A stretch of 63,613 nucleotides of DNA, filler included, from Reclinomonas americana ATCC 50394 (taxonomy: Eukaryota): NCBI GenBank assembly GCA_048213135.1. It is 22 parts of 22 records of this genome, joined end to end, with 100 filler letters (N's around TTAATTAATTAA, not from the genome) between each part and the next. Parts side by side here need not be neighbours in the genome. Positions count along the whole stretch, not along the records: positions 1 to 1,969 come from AFZH01018557.1; positions 2,070 to 3,801 come from AFZH01018558.1; positions 3,902 to 5,914 come from AFZH01018559.1; positions 6,015 to 13,548 come from AFZH01018560.1; 18 more parts are not named here. One strand, 5' to 3'. Made by a program: the position numbers and the translations under genes. Below the pieces are notes generated by a model. The model was not told the DNA's origin and made no database searches. It was given only the letters and a program-made list of their open reading frames with translations. Below, piece after piece: positions 1-12,000 of the stretch (within the stretch, counting starts at the first letter, position 1; every line of letters begins with the position of its first letter).

Positions 1-377
1 GAAGACAAAATGTGTGTGAAAGAGAAACAGAAGAAGATGATAGTGGAATTGGGATAAGAACGCGAGAGTGGAGAAACAATGCACGAGAGGAAGGCTGACG
101 AAAAATGAAGAAAGGAGGAACACATGGAAAGTGAGAGAAGAAAGAGTGTGTTTGAAATGGAAGGAGGGAGGGGGAGGAAAGGGGGAATACAGGGAAAGTG
201 GGGGGAGAAAGAGTGCGCTTGAAAGGGAAGAAGGGAGAATACGACCATGTTTTGCTTCCCTTCATCTTGACGTCGTTCTTTCTTCTACTCTCTCTCCCTC
301 CCTCGCTCCTTTCCTTCTCTTCCCACTTTTCCTCTCCTCTCCTCTCCATCTCACCACCCTCCTCGCTCCCCCCACAG

Positions 378-3300
378 TACGAGGGCGAATTCCGCTTCGG
401 CAAGCCTGACGGGTGAGCATCCACACACGTCCCACTTCTTATTACTTTCCTCACTCTCCTACCATCCACCTCCACACACCCCAACAGCTACGGAGTGGTA
501 CGTGACGTCATGTTTCCCTCCCATCACCTCAATCCACGCCTCATAATATCTTCGTGCTGCTGCAGTACACTTGGCCATCTGGCAGGTGCGTCTCTCCGCC
601 AGAATTGCTCTCGTTCACGATTGTAATCCCCCTTGCTTCATCTCCGCAGCCGGTACGAGGGCGAGTGGCGAGAGGGACAGCTCAGCGGCAAAGTTGAGTT
701 TATTCTTTCCCCCTCTCGTGACCTGTGCATTGCTCATTCTTGTGCACGTGCAGGGTATGAGCCGCCACGATGAATCTGTCAGCATGTCTTTTACTCACTT
801 GGCGTGCTCGTGTTCATTCGTACGCAGGAATCGTTGCGTGTTTATTGCAGCCTCTCATTCCTGTCAGAATATCCTGCTGAACCATACACACGTACAGCAA
901 TCATACAGCGACGGATCTCGTTACGAGATAGGTATTCGTGCTATCCCACTCGTCTCCTGACATTGTGTGCTTATCTCGCATCCTTCTTTCGTGCCAACAC
1001 GCGACGTATTCGAACGACAAGAGGAATGGCTGGGGTGTCGTTGCGTCTTTTCTGGCACTCTCTCCCGTTCCTGTCCCACATTGTCTCATCCTGTGCGTCG
1101 CAGTGTTGCGTTGCTGTCGTCTTCGCTCTTGCATTCCTCACACCACGCTGATGTGCGAGCTCTGGTAGATTTTGGAGCCGAGGGCGACGTCTACGAGTTT
1201 CGTCCGATAGTCATGTCACTTTCTTCGTTTCCTTTTCGCTCACTTGATTCGCAGAGGCGAGTGGGTCGATGATTCGCGCGAAGGACACGGAAAGTCGCGT
1301 CATCACTTCACATCGCAGCTTCGGTCGAATCATGTACTAACGGCGATGGTTTGTGCAGGCACACGTGGCCATCTGGAGCGTACTACGACGGCGAGTGGAA
1401 AGCCAATGTGCGCCACGGCAAGTTGAGTGACGGAGACGCACAGGGATGCTTCTTTTCCTTTCTCTCTCTCACGCTTCTATTTTGCCTCCCCTCTCCTCTC
1501 CCTCTGCAGCGGCGTTCAAGTCATGGCCGACGGCACCAAATTCGTCTGCGAGTTCCGCAGCGACATGCGTGAGGGTTTCGGCACCATGTACATGCCGAAT
1601 GGCGACATTTACGAGGGAGAATGGCACAGTTCTGTTGGTGAACGAGTACGCACCTCACCTTGATCAATCTCACTATTCCGCAGATGACAAGAAGCACGGC
1701 TTTGGTGTGTACATTGCCGCCAATCAGTACCGCTTCGAGGGCAGGTGGGTGAATGGCCGGCGCGAGGGCAAAGGCGTTATGATTGCCGCCGACGGCCGCA
1801 CGTACTCGTGTGGTGAGTGAGGACATGGAGCTACTCGTCGCACCTCCCTTTCTTCATCACTTAATCCCACTCGCGTGCAGAGTACAAGGATGACATGCGT
1901 GAAGGTGGGCGAGAGTTGCTGATATCGCTCTATGAGGTCGCTCGTCGATTCTCATCGCTGTACACGCTCNNNNNNNNNNNNNNNNNNNNNNNNNNNNNNN
2001 NNNNNNNNNNNNNTTAATTAATTAANNNNNNNNNNNNNNNNNNNNNNNNNNNNNNNNNNNNNNNNNNNNCCTTCCCCTTAACCACCTTCCCCCCCTCCCC
2101 TTCCCCTCTCCCCTCTCCCGCCTCCCTTCCCCTCTCCCCTCTCCCCTTTACCCCTTCCCTTCCCCTCTCCCCTTCCCCTTTACCCCTTCCCCTTTACCTC
2201 CTTCCCCTTTACCCCTTCCCCTTAACCACCTTCCCCTTTACCCACTGTGTTTATCCCATTCAGGCTACGGCACGTATCGAGGACCTGACGGTTAGTCAAC
2301 AGCGCAGCAAGTCGACTGTGGGTGAGCTGCTCTGCTGACCCTCGTTTGTCACACAGGAGAGACATTTGAAGGGCACTTTGTCAACGATCTGCGGCAAGGT
2401 GTGATGAAATCACCCAGACCTGCATCCTCTTTCTCTCTTCTCATCTTTTGGTAGGATACGGCACGTACCGCGATCCGCGCGTGTCCACCTACGAGGGTGA
2501 ATGGCTGGCGAACAAGCGGCATGGTGCGTCAGCGCCGCTCTCTCAGATGCCTCTCATACCACACATTCACTATCTCTCCGCGCAGGTCAAGGGACCGAGC
2601 GCTGGGTCGACGGTCGTGTCTACCAAGGTGTGTCTTTCTGTCTCTCTGATGTAATCGAACTGTGACCTGAAATGTTGATTGTATGGAACAGGCACCTTCC
2701 GACAAGACAAGGCAGACGGGGGCGGCAAGTACACAGCTCCCAATGGTGTGCTGCTCACTCATTGATACGCACGCACGCCCTTCACTTGCACTGATGTGTG
2801 CATACAAATCAGGCGACGTGTACGACGGCCTGTGGAAGAACGGTCTGCAACACGGTCCCGGAATCTTCCAGTGGGGCAATGGCGAGAAGTACTCGGTTCG
2901 TCGTTTCTGGCCAACTCTTCCGGCGCTGGTGTTACTCGTGGCTCACTTGCTCTCTTTTGCACAGGGTGTTGCGTTGCACTCAACTTGTTGATCCACGTCG
3001 GGTGTCATTCTGTTCAAATATGTTGCGGTGCAGGAATGGGCCAACGGCAAGTTCTCTGGCTACGGAAGGTCGGTTGGCATTGTCGTCAGTCTCTTTCCCC
3101 AAACATGGACTGATGTGCATACCATGCAGACACGAGTACGCCAATGGCGACGTGTACGAGGGCGACTGGAAGGATGGGCGAGAGCACGGACAGTTGCGTG
3201 AAGTGGTTACTAGTTGTAGCACAATGAATGTGCTGACGTGTGATGCAGGGGCACGTACACGTTTGCCGACGGTCGCAAGTATGTTGGCGAGTACGTGGAC

Positions 3301-3532
3301 GGTGTGCGCCACGGATCGGGATCGTTGCGTGCTGCAGGCTGGAGTTGTCGTTATGCGAGTGTTTTTCTCACATCCTTTATCGTGGTGCAGATGTGCGTGC
3401 TTCTCATGTGTGTTTGCGAGTTTGTGAGCGTTGACTGACGCGTGTCTGTGTGTGTCTGTGCGTGTCGTGATTCTATGTGCATGGATATTGGTGCCTGTTC
3501 ATTTTCATGTGCTCCTTGGTGTTTGTAATCGC

Positions 3533-3602
<70 letters not shown>

Positions 3603-3713
3603 GTATTTCGTGTGTTCTCTGTGGATGCCTTCGGTGTCGTTATTCTGTGCATTGATTTTGATGGCTGTTCTTTTGCATGCGCGTCTTGGTGTATGTATTC
3701 GCGCATGTGTGTG

Positions 3714-3786
<73 letters not shown>

Positions 3787-5874
3787 TCTGTGTGTGTGTG
3801 TNNNNNNNNNNNNNNNNNNNNNNNNNNNNNNNNNNNNNNNNNNNNTTAATTAATTAANNNNNNNNNNNNNNNNNNNNNNNNNNNNNNNNNNNNNNNNNNN
3901 NTGTGTGTGTGTGTGTGCTTGTGTATTCTCTGTGGTGTCGTTGGTTGTGCACTTGTGTGCGATATGCTGCGTAATCGCGGCCACACTTTGGTTTCCTTTC
4001 CCTATCTGCGCTTCTCTCCTTGCCATGTCTATCGGCTCTCTTTCTGCTCCCTCCAACAGACGCTTGGCCGAATGGTGCGCTGCGACACATCGTGCGCCCA
4101 CGCCCTTGTGTGTATCTCTCTCTCACACCTACCATCAACAGGAAACGAGTACTCTGGTGGCTGGGTCAATGGCGTGCGCGAGGGACTGGGCACGGTGAGT
4201 GGCGTTGTAAATGTCGAGCATGTCTGTCATGTGCTCACTCATGTGGCTCCACAGTTCCGCTGGGCCTCCGGTGCGCTTTTCTTGGACTCCTCGTTCGGAC
4301 GTTGCTCGTATTTCTCATTGTAGCTTCACAGGCGACGTGTACGAGGGTGGCTGGGTGCAGGGCATGAAGTGCGGTCGCGGAGAGGTGATTCTTGCGTGTC
4401 GGCCTCCCATGCGTAGAAAACCTGCTGACTTGCTTTCGCACTCGCAGCAAGTATACGCCTCTGGCGAAACTTACATTGTACGTCACTGTTTAGATCTACC
4501 ATGGTTGCCTGTTGATGTCATTGTTTCTCACTTTGTACTGTGAATTGCAGGGTGTGAATATGACCTCTAAATACGCTCCTTGCATTGTGTCACTCACTCG
4601 TTGATCGTCTGTGCAGGGTTTGACTGCTCTCATCTGCATGTTCTAACTTTCATCTATTCTAACAATCTCTTCTTGTTGCAGCGAACATTTTAATGACAAG
4701 CGCGAAGGTGTGTTGGTCGATGCGTGCGTGCTCCCCCGCGTTCCGTTTCACTCATCAAGCGTTTGCAGGAAAGGGAGTGTGCGTAGTTTGTCAGTCTTTG
4801 CACACAAGTGGTAGCTTTCAACTCACATCTGCATGCTTTCCTGCTGTGCCTGCTACGGAAACTGCAGCTGTGAGTTGTCTTCTGCACTGTACCTATGCAT
4901 GCCAATCATGTCGCTCATGAGTACCTCTCCTCCCCTCGCAGATGTGAGTTTGTTGGCATTCGCCTCTCTCCTGTTGTTGCTACTCACACCTATTCGTGCA
5001 CTTGGATAGACTTGGGCCAATGGCGCTTGGTTGCGTTTCTGAGATTCGCTTCGTTGCTCGCCGCCCACCTGCTCACTGCGTCTGTTTCAATCTGCAGGTA
5101 CGACGGCGAGTGGAAGGTCTGTTGACGCCGCATTCGTTACATTTCGATGTGATATCCTGTCCTCACTGATCTGTCTCTTTGCGCAGGCTGGCATGCAACA
5201 TGGGTGCGTGATGCACGGTGTTTCATTGTGACTCGCGTAATCTAATCTCTGCCGTGACGAGCAGCAAGGGCACTCGACGATATGCCGATGGCTCGCGGTA
5301 CGTGTGGATTGCTCGCTTCCTTTTTCTGTATCTCTGCTTGCTCTGACCATTCATGGTGCACGCAGATACCAGGGTGAGTCATCGTGGTGGAAAGGGCTGA
5401 CTTGCTTGTTGTGTTTCCGACACCCCTTTTCCTCAGGCGAGTTCGTGGCGGATCGCAAGGAGGGCTTTGGCGAGTACGTGTGGCCGAACGGCAACTCGTA
5501 CATGGTTTGCGTTGGATTCTGAATCCGGTCCATTGACTCCCTCTCACAAATGTGATTGTGAACAACAGGGCGAGTGGCTGGATGACATGCGAAATGGAGG
5601 TGCGTGTGCTTGAGTGTCTACGCGTGTGTTGCGCATGCATCATGAGTGCCTGCGAGTGCATTTCTGGCTTCTTGTTTGTCTGCTTCATATTCTGCCGTTG
5701 CTGATACTGACGTTCTCTGTTGTGTGCTTGCACAGAGGGAACATTCATCTGGTAACGCGCGCCCTCCAAGCTGAGTACTCTCTGGCCGTGTCGCTTAATT
5801 TGTGTTTCTCCACAGGGCCGAAACCGGCGAAACGTACAGCGGTTTGTGGAGAAATGACAAGAAGGAGGGCTATG
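378..5874 (+). CDS. MORN-repeat protein, partial at both ends; about 46 exons, about 520 aa, about 22 repeats
   Basis: Manual splicing gives continuous MORN repeats: YEGEFRFGKPDGYGVYTWPSGSRYEGEWREGQLSGKGIQSYSDGSRYEATYSNDKRNGWGVYFGAEGDVYEGEWVDDSREGHGKHTWPSGAYYDGEW ... ETGETYSGLWRNDKKEGYG. Phase is kept across the spacers at 1970 and 3802. Microexons are at 754, 828-832, 1104, 2965-2967, 3391-3392, 4551, 4617, 4868-4869, 4942-4943 and 5366-5373. Confidence 0.93.
1970..2069. other. Artificial scaffold spacer (44 N + TTAATTAATTAA + 44 N); first of 21
   Basis: Identical 100-nt spacers start at 1970, 3802, 5915, 13549, 18828, 20276, 21688, 22987, 27113, 28917, 32504, 35995, 38886, 41476, 43488, 45360, 50528, 52349, 57396, 59416 and 60632. 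The 12-mer gives stops in all six frames. Many spacers abut microsatellites. Confidence 0.98.
3533..3801. repeat. Intronic (TTG)n and (TG)n microsatellites
   Basis: (TTG)n at about 3533-3601 and (TG)n at about 3706-3801, inside a MORN intron. They produce the spurious polyQ/L/C ORFs. Confidence 0.95.
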
Positions 5875-6018
5875 GTGCGTGCGTGTGTGTGCTTCCTCGT
5901 GCATTAATGCATTCNNNNNNNNNNNNNNNNNNNNNNNNNNNNNNNNNNNNNNNNNNNNTTAATTAATTAANNNNNNNNNNNNNNNNNNNNNNNNNNNNNN
6001 NNNNNNNNNNNNNNACAG

Positions 6019-9000
6019 GCGAAGCTTCGGCTCGATGATAGTGCACTGGGTGATAGTGCATATAACAGCGCCAGCCAGGAGGTGAGGGTGTGATAGACAT
6101 GAGTGAGTGTCTGTCTCCCTCTGAAATCGGATTGCTCAAACAACAACGGTCACGCGCAGGTGTTGCGATTCGCGCAGAGCGATGGTGGCAACAGCACCCG
6201 CATTCTTCTCGTGGAGGGTCCGCGGGGGAGTGGCAAGACTTCTTTACTGCGCGAGTGCGCCTCGACATTGGCGCAGTATGTGCTGGACGGCACCGACTAT
6301 ATGCTGCCACTGTACGTCAACTTGACTGACACACTGCTGCACCGCGAGTCGGCAAGTTACGACTTGGTGGTGCACCTGGTGCAGCAGTTGCATCCTGGAA
6401 TTTCTGAGCTCGGCTTGATCCAAGTTCTTCGACATATGCGCATTGCTCTGTTCATTGACGGACTGGATAGCAGTGCTGCATATCAGCTTCAAGCCCCGCT
6501 GGTTGACCGCTTTCAGGTTCGTCTGACGCCGTGCATGCTTGCGCCCGGCCTCTCTGGCCTCACGAACCATTCTTTGCAGCTCGCCCACTACCACAACTTG
6601 CGCTTGATCATTGCGACGCGGCATGAGGTCCTCCAGCTCATGCATGTCAGCGGCGAACGTGTCGCGTACACGCGTTTGCTGGCGCCCTTCGACCTGGCGA
6701 GCAACTCGTACCAGCCGCAAAACATCCAAGTGCAACACCTTTTGCCGCCATCACTGCCCTCGATTGAGGCCTACCTTGGCGAGGAGCTGTACCAGGCGGC
6801 CGTGAAACGGCATGACGTGCATCTGCTGCGCTCGCTCTCCATCTTGCACCTGCTGCGACTGCTGGGTCCGTTGTGCGTCGCGCACCTCTCATCCGTGGAA
6901 TTGTTGCGAATGTGGCTGCTCTACTGCTCGGCCACGGAACCATCCGACCGTCTTGCACTTGGTTTGCGCTGTGTGCAGCGACTGGCGAGAGGATATAGAG
7001 CGCAAGGCGTGGTTTGCGGCGACCTTGGCGTGGTCGACCTGTTGATTGCTCACGGTGACGATGTTGATGACGAACCTGATGAGGCGGAGACGGAGGTCGA
7101 GCTCACCACCCTCGACGGCTTGCGCTTGGCGGTCATGCACATGCCCCTCCTGTCAAATCTGGTGGATACTCATGGCCAGGCGCTGCCTCAATGGGGCTTC
7201 CCTTCTCTCCATTGCGTGGAAATGGCCGCGGACCCGCTTCTCTGTGCGGATTTCAATAGGCAAGTCCGCGCTACCACTGCCGTCATCTTGTTTGGTGATC
7301 TGATTCTGGGTGGTGTACGCACATGCTTTCAGAGACCTCGTGTCGCTGGAGCATCAGCGCAGTCAGGATGCCGCCAGTTGGTACCTCATGTCACGGTTTG
7401 TTTCGCAACTGGCCGTTCATGCGTATGAAATTTGCTGACTAGAGCATCTTGTGCCTTGGTCGCAGGGGCTCGGCTGAGATTGTTACCTTGCGCGCGGCCT
7501 TGAATGCAGGACTGCGACCGGCGCTGGTTGCACTCCTGCGCAAGGAGATGCGCCGCTTCAAAGCAGCTGTGCAAGAACGCTGTGCTTCCACCGGCGAGCC
7601 AGACTTTGATGCGCGGAAAGCATGTTTCCTTGGTGGTGTGTGTGTAGACACTTTCAACGCGAAAGCACTTGATACAGCAACAAAGACTGCAATTGAGCGC
7701 GCGGAAGCCGAAGGAGTTTCTTTTCCCCTTGTGGAGCAAGTTGACCTCGATGCGTGGAGGTTCGCGTATGGAATTGGTGTGAGTGTCTCTTGTGCTCGCT
7801 GCGCTGACTTGCAGGTGATGCAGATATTGCTGGTATTCTCCAGGCAGCCAAGCTAAGCGCGGAAAACCGCCACGCGAGAGTTTCCTTGGCAACTGCGCCT
7901 CAGCGACTGCCTGTCGCACTCTCTGCTGTTTGTACGAGAACCCAGACGATGAGGACACTGTGGTGTCGTTCGACTCGGGCAAGATTATCAGCATCTTGGA
8001 ATTCGTAGCATACCGGTGCAGCATCAACCCTGCCGATGTCGCTGCTGCGGAGGTGTGGTCGCTGTCAACAGCACTGCCCCCTGACCGAGCGAAAGTTTTT
8101 TGGGATGCCGAAAACAGCAAGGATCGATACGCCATTCCGCTGTGCGACGACCGCGGGTTGTTGGTTGCGTTTCCGTTCCTCTGTTCTCTTTGCTGTCCCT
8201 GCGTAGGTTGTCTCACGTTGTTTGCTCGCAACAGGAGCTGCTGAAAAGAATCCGCGCTGTGAAGAACGACGTGGTCCACCGCGGAGCTGCTGGAACAGAG
8301 GAGGCCGTGTTTGCTCAGGCTATTGCTGAAATGCGGCTGGCGATGGACGCTGTCACTCGCCGACTTCGCGATGTGTACAACATGTCGGAGTCCATGTGTG
8401 CGGCTCTGCAGATTGACTTTGATACGCTCAGTGTGCCAGGTGTGTGAATATTTGGCGTTTGCATGTCAAGGGTGCATCTGTTGACCTGACCATCCTTGCA
8501 GCCGGTGGCGATGGTATGGAGGTGGTCGACGATCGCGCCACGTTGCTACGATCAGTCGCCACTCAGTGCGCCATGTACGAAGCGTTTGTGCCGTCGATTG
8601 TCGTCCCGCTCGACTGCACCCCGCAGCCGAATACGTCGGCAGTCAAACCGCAACCGGTACAGCAACAGGTGTGTGAAGAAAGAGTATTCCCTGGTGCTTG
8701 TCCCTGTCGCAGCGAACTCACTCGTTAACCAGATTCTCGACTTTTGTGCAACGCGACGTATCGGTGCAGGCGCAACACAGGTCGTGTTTGTGGTGGGACC
8801 CGTCGGCAGCGGCAAGACCTGCGCCATGGTGGATCTCGCGCTGAACTACAGCGCAGCCGCAGTCAACAGCACGGTGCAACCACTGCCTCTCCTCATCAAT
8901 CTGGCCGGCGTGCGTATCAAGCATCTCCGCGACCTCACTGTCGAAGGCCTTGTGCGCCTGTGGTTCCAGCAGCTTTCGGTGTCGACCATGGCCACTGCCA

Positions 9001-12000
9001 GTGCAGTCGCACGACTGTGTCGCCGCCCTCTGTTGCTTATGCTGGACGGTTTGCACGTACTAGCCGATGTGTCTGAAGCAAAGTTCTCTTCTCGCCTCGT
9101 TGCGTGTCCGTCTCGCCAGCAGTTAAAATGTGGTCGTCCGCTGTTTTGCTCATTGACATGCAGGTGCGAGACTTGGGCAATTACCCCAAGACTAATGTCG
9201 TCGTGTGCGTGCGCTCCGAGGCTCTGCGACCCGTGTCGAAGGTGCTCCTGGGCACGGATAGTCCCACAGCCGGTGGCGCCGCTGTTCTCGCCCTCACCGG
9301 CTTCAGTGACTCCGCGATTCACTTCTTCATCGAGCGATTTGTCAGCGAGTTGGCTGACGAAGCGCGCTCATACTCGACAGCCATGCAGATTGCCGCGTCA
9401 CAGGTAGCTGATATAGACCGGCCAATCGCGACGCTGCAGCCACGATTGCGCGACCTCATCGAAGCGCTGGGCTTGGATGCAGTGGACGGCATGGGACCTG
9501 ACGACGAGACGTGCCGCCGAGTGCGTGAAGAGGTGTGGGACAGCGCTCAGCGAGTGCCTGCCCTCCGTGAGCTAGCGCGTGTCCCGTCGTTCCTGCCACT
9601 GCTGTGGACGTGGCCACAAGTCGCTCAGCGAATCGCCGAATTGAACCAAAAAGGTGGGCGGCAGCTTTACACATTGGCGGCAACGCTGGCCAAGGTGCTG
9701 CGCGAGCGCTCGCTGGGAGTGCGTGATGTTGCGCACAACCGCGATGACGGTTATTATGACCACCTTGCGGGATGGATGCGTGAGGCCGATCAGATCCGTG
9801 TGCTGGAACGACTGGCCGTGGAGGCCTATCTTGCACAGAGTGACAGCATCAACGTGGCGGGGGAGAGTTGGCAGTTCGCCGTGGACATTCTGCAGCGGAG
9901 CGCTCCCACTGTGCTGTTGAGCGATGACTTTTCGAGCGCGCGCTTTGCTCATGTGCTTCTGCGTGATCACTACTTGGCGCGACAATTGCAGCGGTTGGTC
10001 GCAGTGCCGGTAGGGGATGAGCGCGAGCTGGAGACAGCACTGCGTGGCCACTTCCTCGGCACGTGCTACTTGTCTGAGCGCAACGACCACACGTTGCTGG
10101 AGATGCTGGCGGCCGCCGCTCGCTCAGACGCCAGAGTGCTGGACTGCCTGCTGAATCGTGTGTTGCGACTGCATCACGCAGTGCATGAGTGGGACGCGGC
10201 AGATGGTGTGCCAACGAGCAGTCGGCCGTGGGTGAACTGTGCCACCTCGAATGCTGCCACGATTCTCTGCCATGCTGGCGTGTCGTTCTCGGGTCTCGAC
10301 TTGCGCTCTGCTCACTTGGCGTACGCCGACTTGACCAATGTTGCGTGTTTGTCAGCTGCACCTGTGCGTACACTCTTTTTCACTCACTCTTTGCGTGTAC
10401 GCGTGTGTGCAGGTTGTGATGCACGGTACACTGCTGGATGGCGCGAATATGACGGGGGCGAGGTTGCACGGTGCCTTTATCGACGGGGCGTCGTTGCGCG
10501 AAACGATGATGTTCAGCGTTTCGTTTGGCGCACCTCCGACCCAACAGGAAACTGCGGCCAAGCAAGCTGCGCCTGACAACCGCCAGGCCGGACCGCAAGT
10601 ACAACTGGAACTCCTCGATCCCGTGATGAACACGGTCGCCACATCGCGCAATGGACTGCTGTACTCTGTTGGCTGCATGGACGGTTCGCTGGTTATGGTG
10701 GAGGATCGGGGTGCGCGACGGACGCGGTACAATCACATGGCCTTGTCGCCAGTCATGTCGATCACCGTCTCTGCCGACTCGCGTCGCATCTGTTGCGGCA
10801 ACCTCAATGGCACGCTGACGATTGTCGACTACGACGAGGGCAGCGGCGCGTGGCGTCGCTCGTCAACCATTTCTGTCTCGGACCATTGCATTCCGGCTGT
10901 CGCCTTCCTGAACGACGGCGGGGAGGAGCAGTCGGTGGTGGCGGGAACTTGGGATGGGCGCGTGTGTGAGTGGCCGGTGCATCCACCTGCAGATGCGGTG
11001 ATGCGGGACGGTGCTGCCGTCGTGCAACCAATCGATGTGTTGCTGGAGCGGCAGCCGACGTTGCTGCTGCCAGAGTTCTTCCGCACCGTGGATGAGCAGC
11101 CGCCTGGTCGGATTGAAGACTCGATCCTGACGGTGGTGAAACGTGTGCGCGGTTTCACGCCACACCGCTCTGCCGTGTTGACGCTCACGGCGCGTCGTGT
11201 CCGCACGCCGTCGACAAACTACGAAGAAGTTGTCGCCTGCACGCGTGAAGACAATGTGTACTTTTTCCAGCGGCAATACAGCGATGACCAGCAAGTACGA
11301 CTGCCGTGGACTGCGCGACGCCTCATGCCACGACTGTACGGATTGAGTACCGAGCCGCCACACCTGGCGCGTGTGTACGACACGCAGAGCGTGGCTCTGT
11401 CGCCCAACGGTTGCTGGCTGGCCACCGGCCTCGCCTCGGCCACCATTCAGTTGGTGAACATGGCGGCGGGGCGTGGAACGCTGACGCGCAACTTGGTCGG
11501 ACATCGTGCGCCGGTGCGCTGCCTGGTTTTCTCGCACGACAGCAAGTTTTTGGCGAGTGGCGGCGATGACTTGAGCATTTTGGTGTGGGCTGTCGACGCC
11601 GACGCCGAGGTGCCGGTGGCGACGGTGATCCACCGTGTGGAGCGGGCGCACGAATTCCCCATCTCGACCCTGTGCTTTGTGCAGGGCGAGTGTGCGGTGC
11701 TGTCGCTCTCACGTGAGGAGGCTCACCCGCGGCTGCAGCGGTGGACGTTCCAGCCCGACGAACGTCTGGTTCGCGGTCAGTTCCTCGGCCAGTCGGCGTC
11801 ATCCATGGGGGCAAGTCCGCATGTCATGACGCCGCGATTCGTGGCCATTGGTGGTGTTGCAGGCGCAACAGTGCGCGTGGTAACTGGCGGCGACGACGGT
11901 ACAGTCGTGCTGTGGGAGAGAGAGTTGGGTGGACCGGCGGCCGCCTTGCCAACCATTCGTGCCACCTTTACGCCACCTGCAACTCGTTTCGGTGGTCGCA

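Noticed and set aside
693..1422. Shifted donors actually cleaving one base later (G|TTGCGT, TT-AG introns)
   Set aside because: This breaks the frame at 833, 1197, 1294 and 1422. It remains formally possible only at 693 and 1040.
2014..2025. Recurring palindrome TTAATTAATTAA as a biological repeat or piggyBac-like TTAA site
   Set aside because: It is always centred in 44+44 Ns; an artificial six-frame stop linker.
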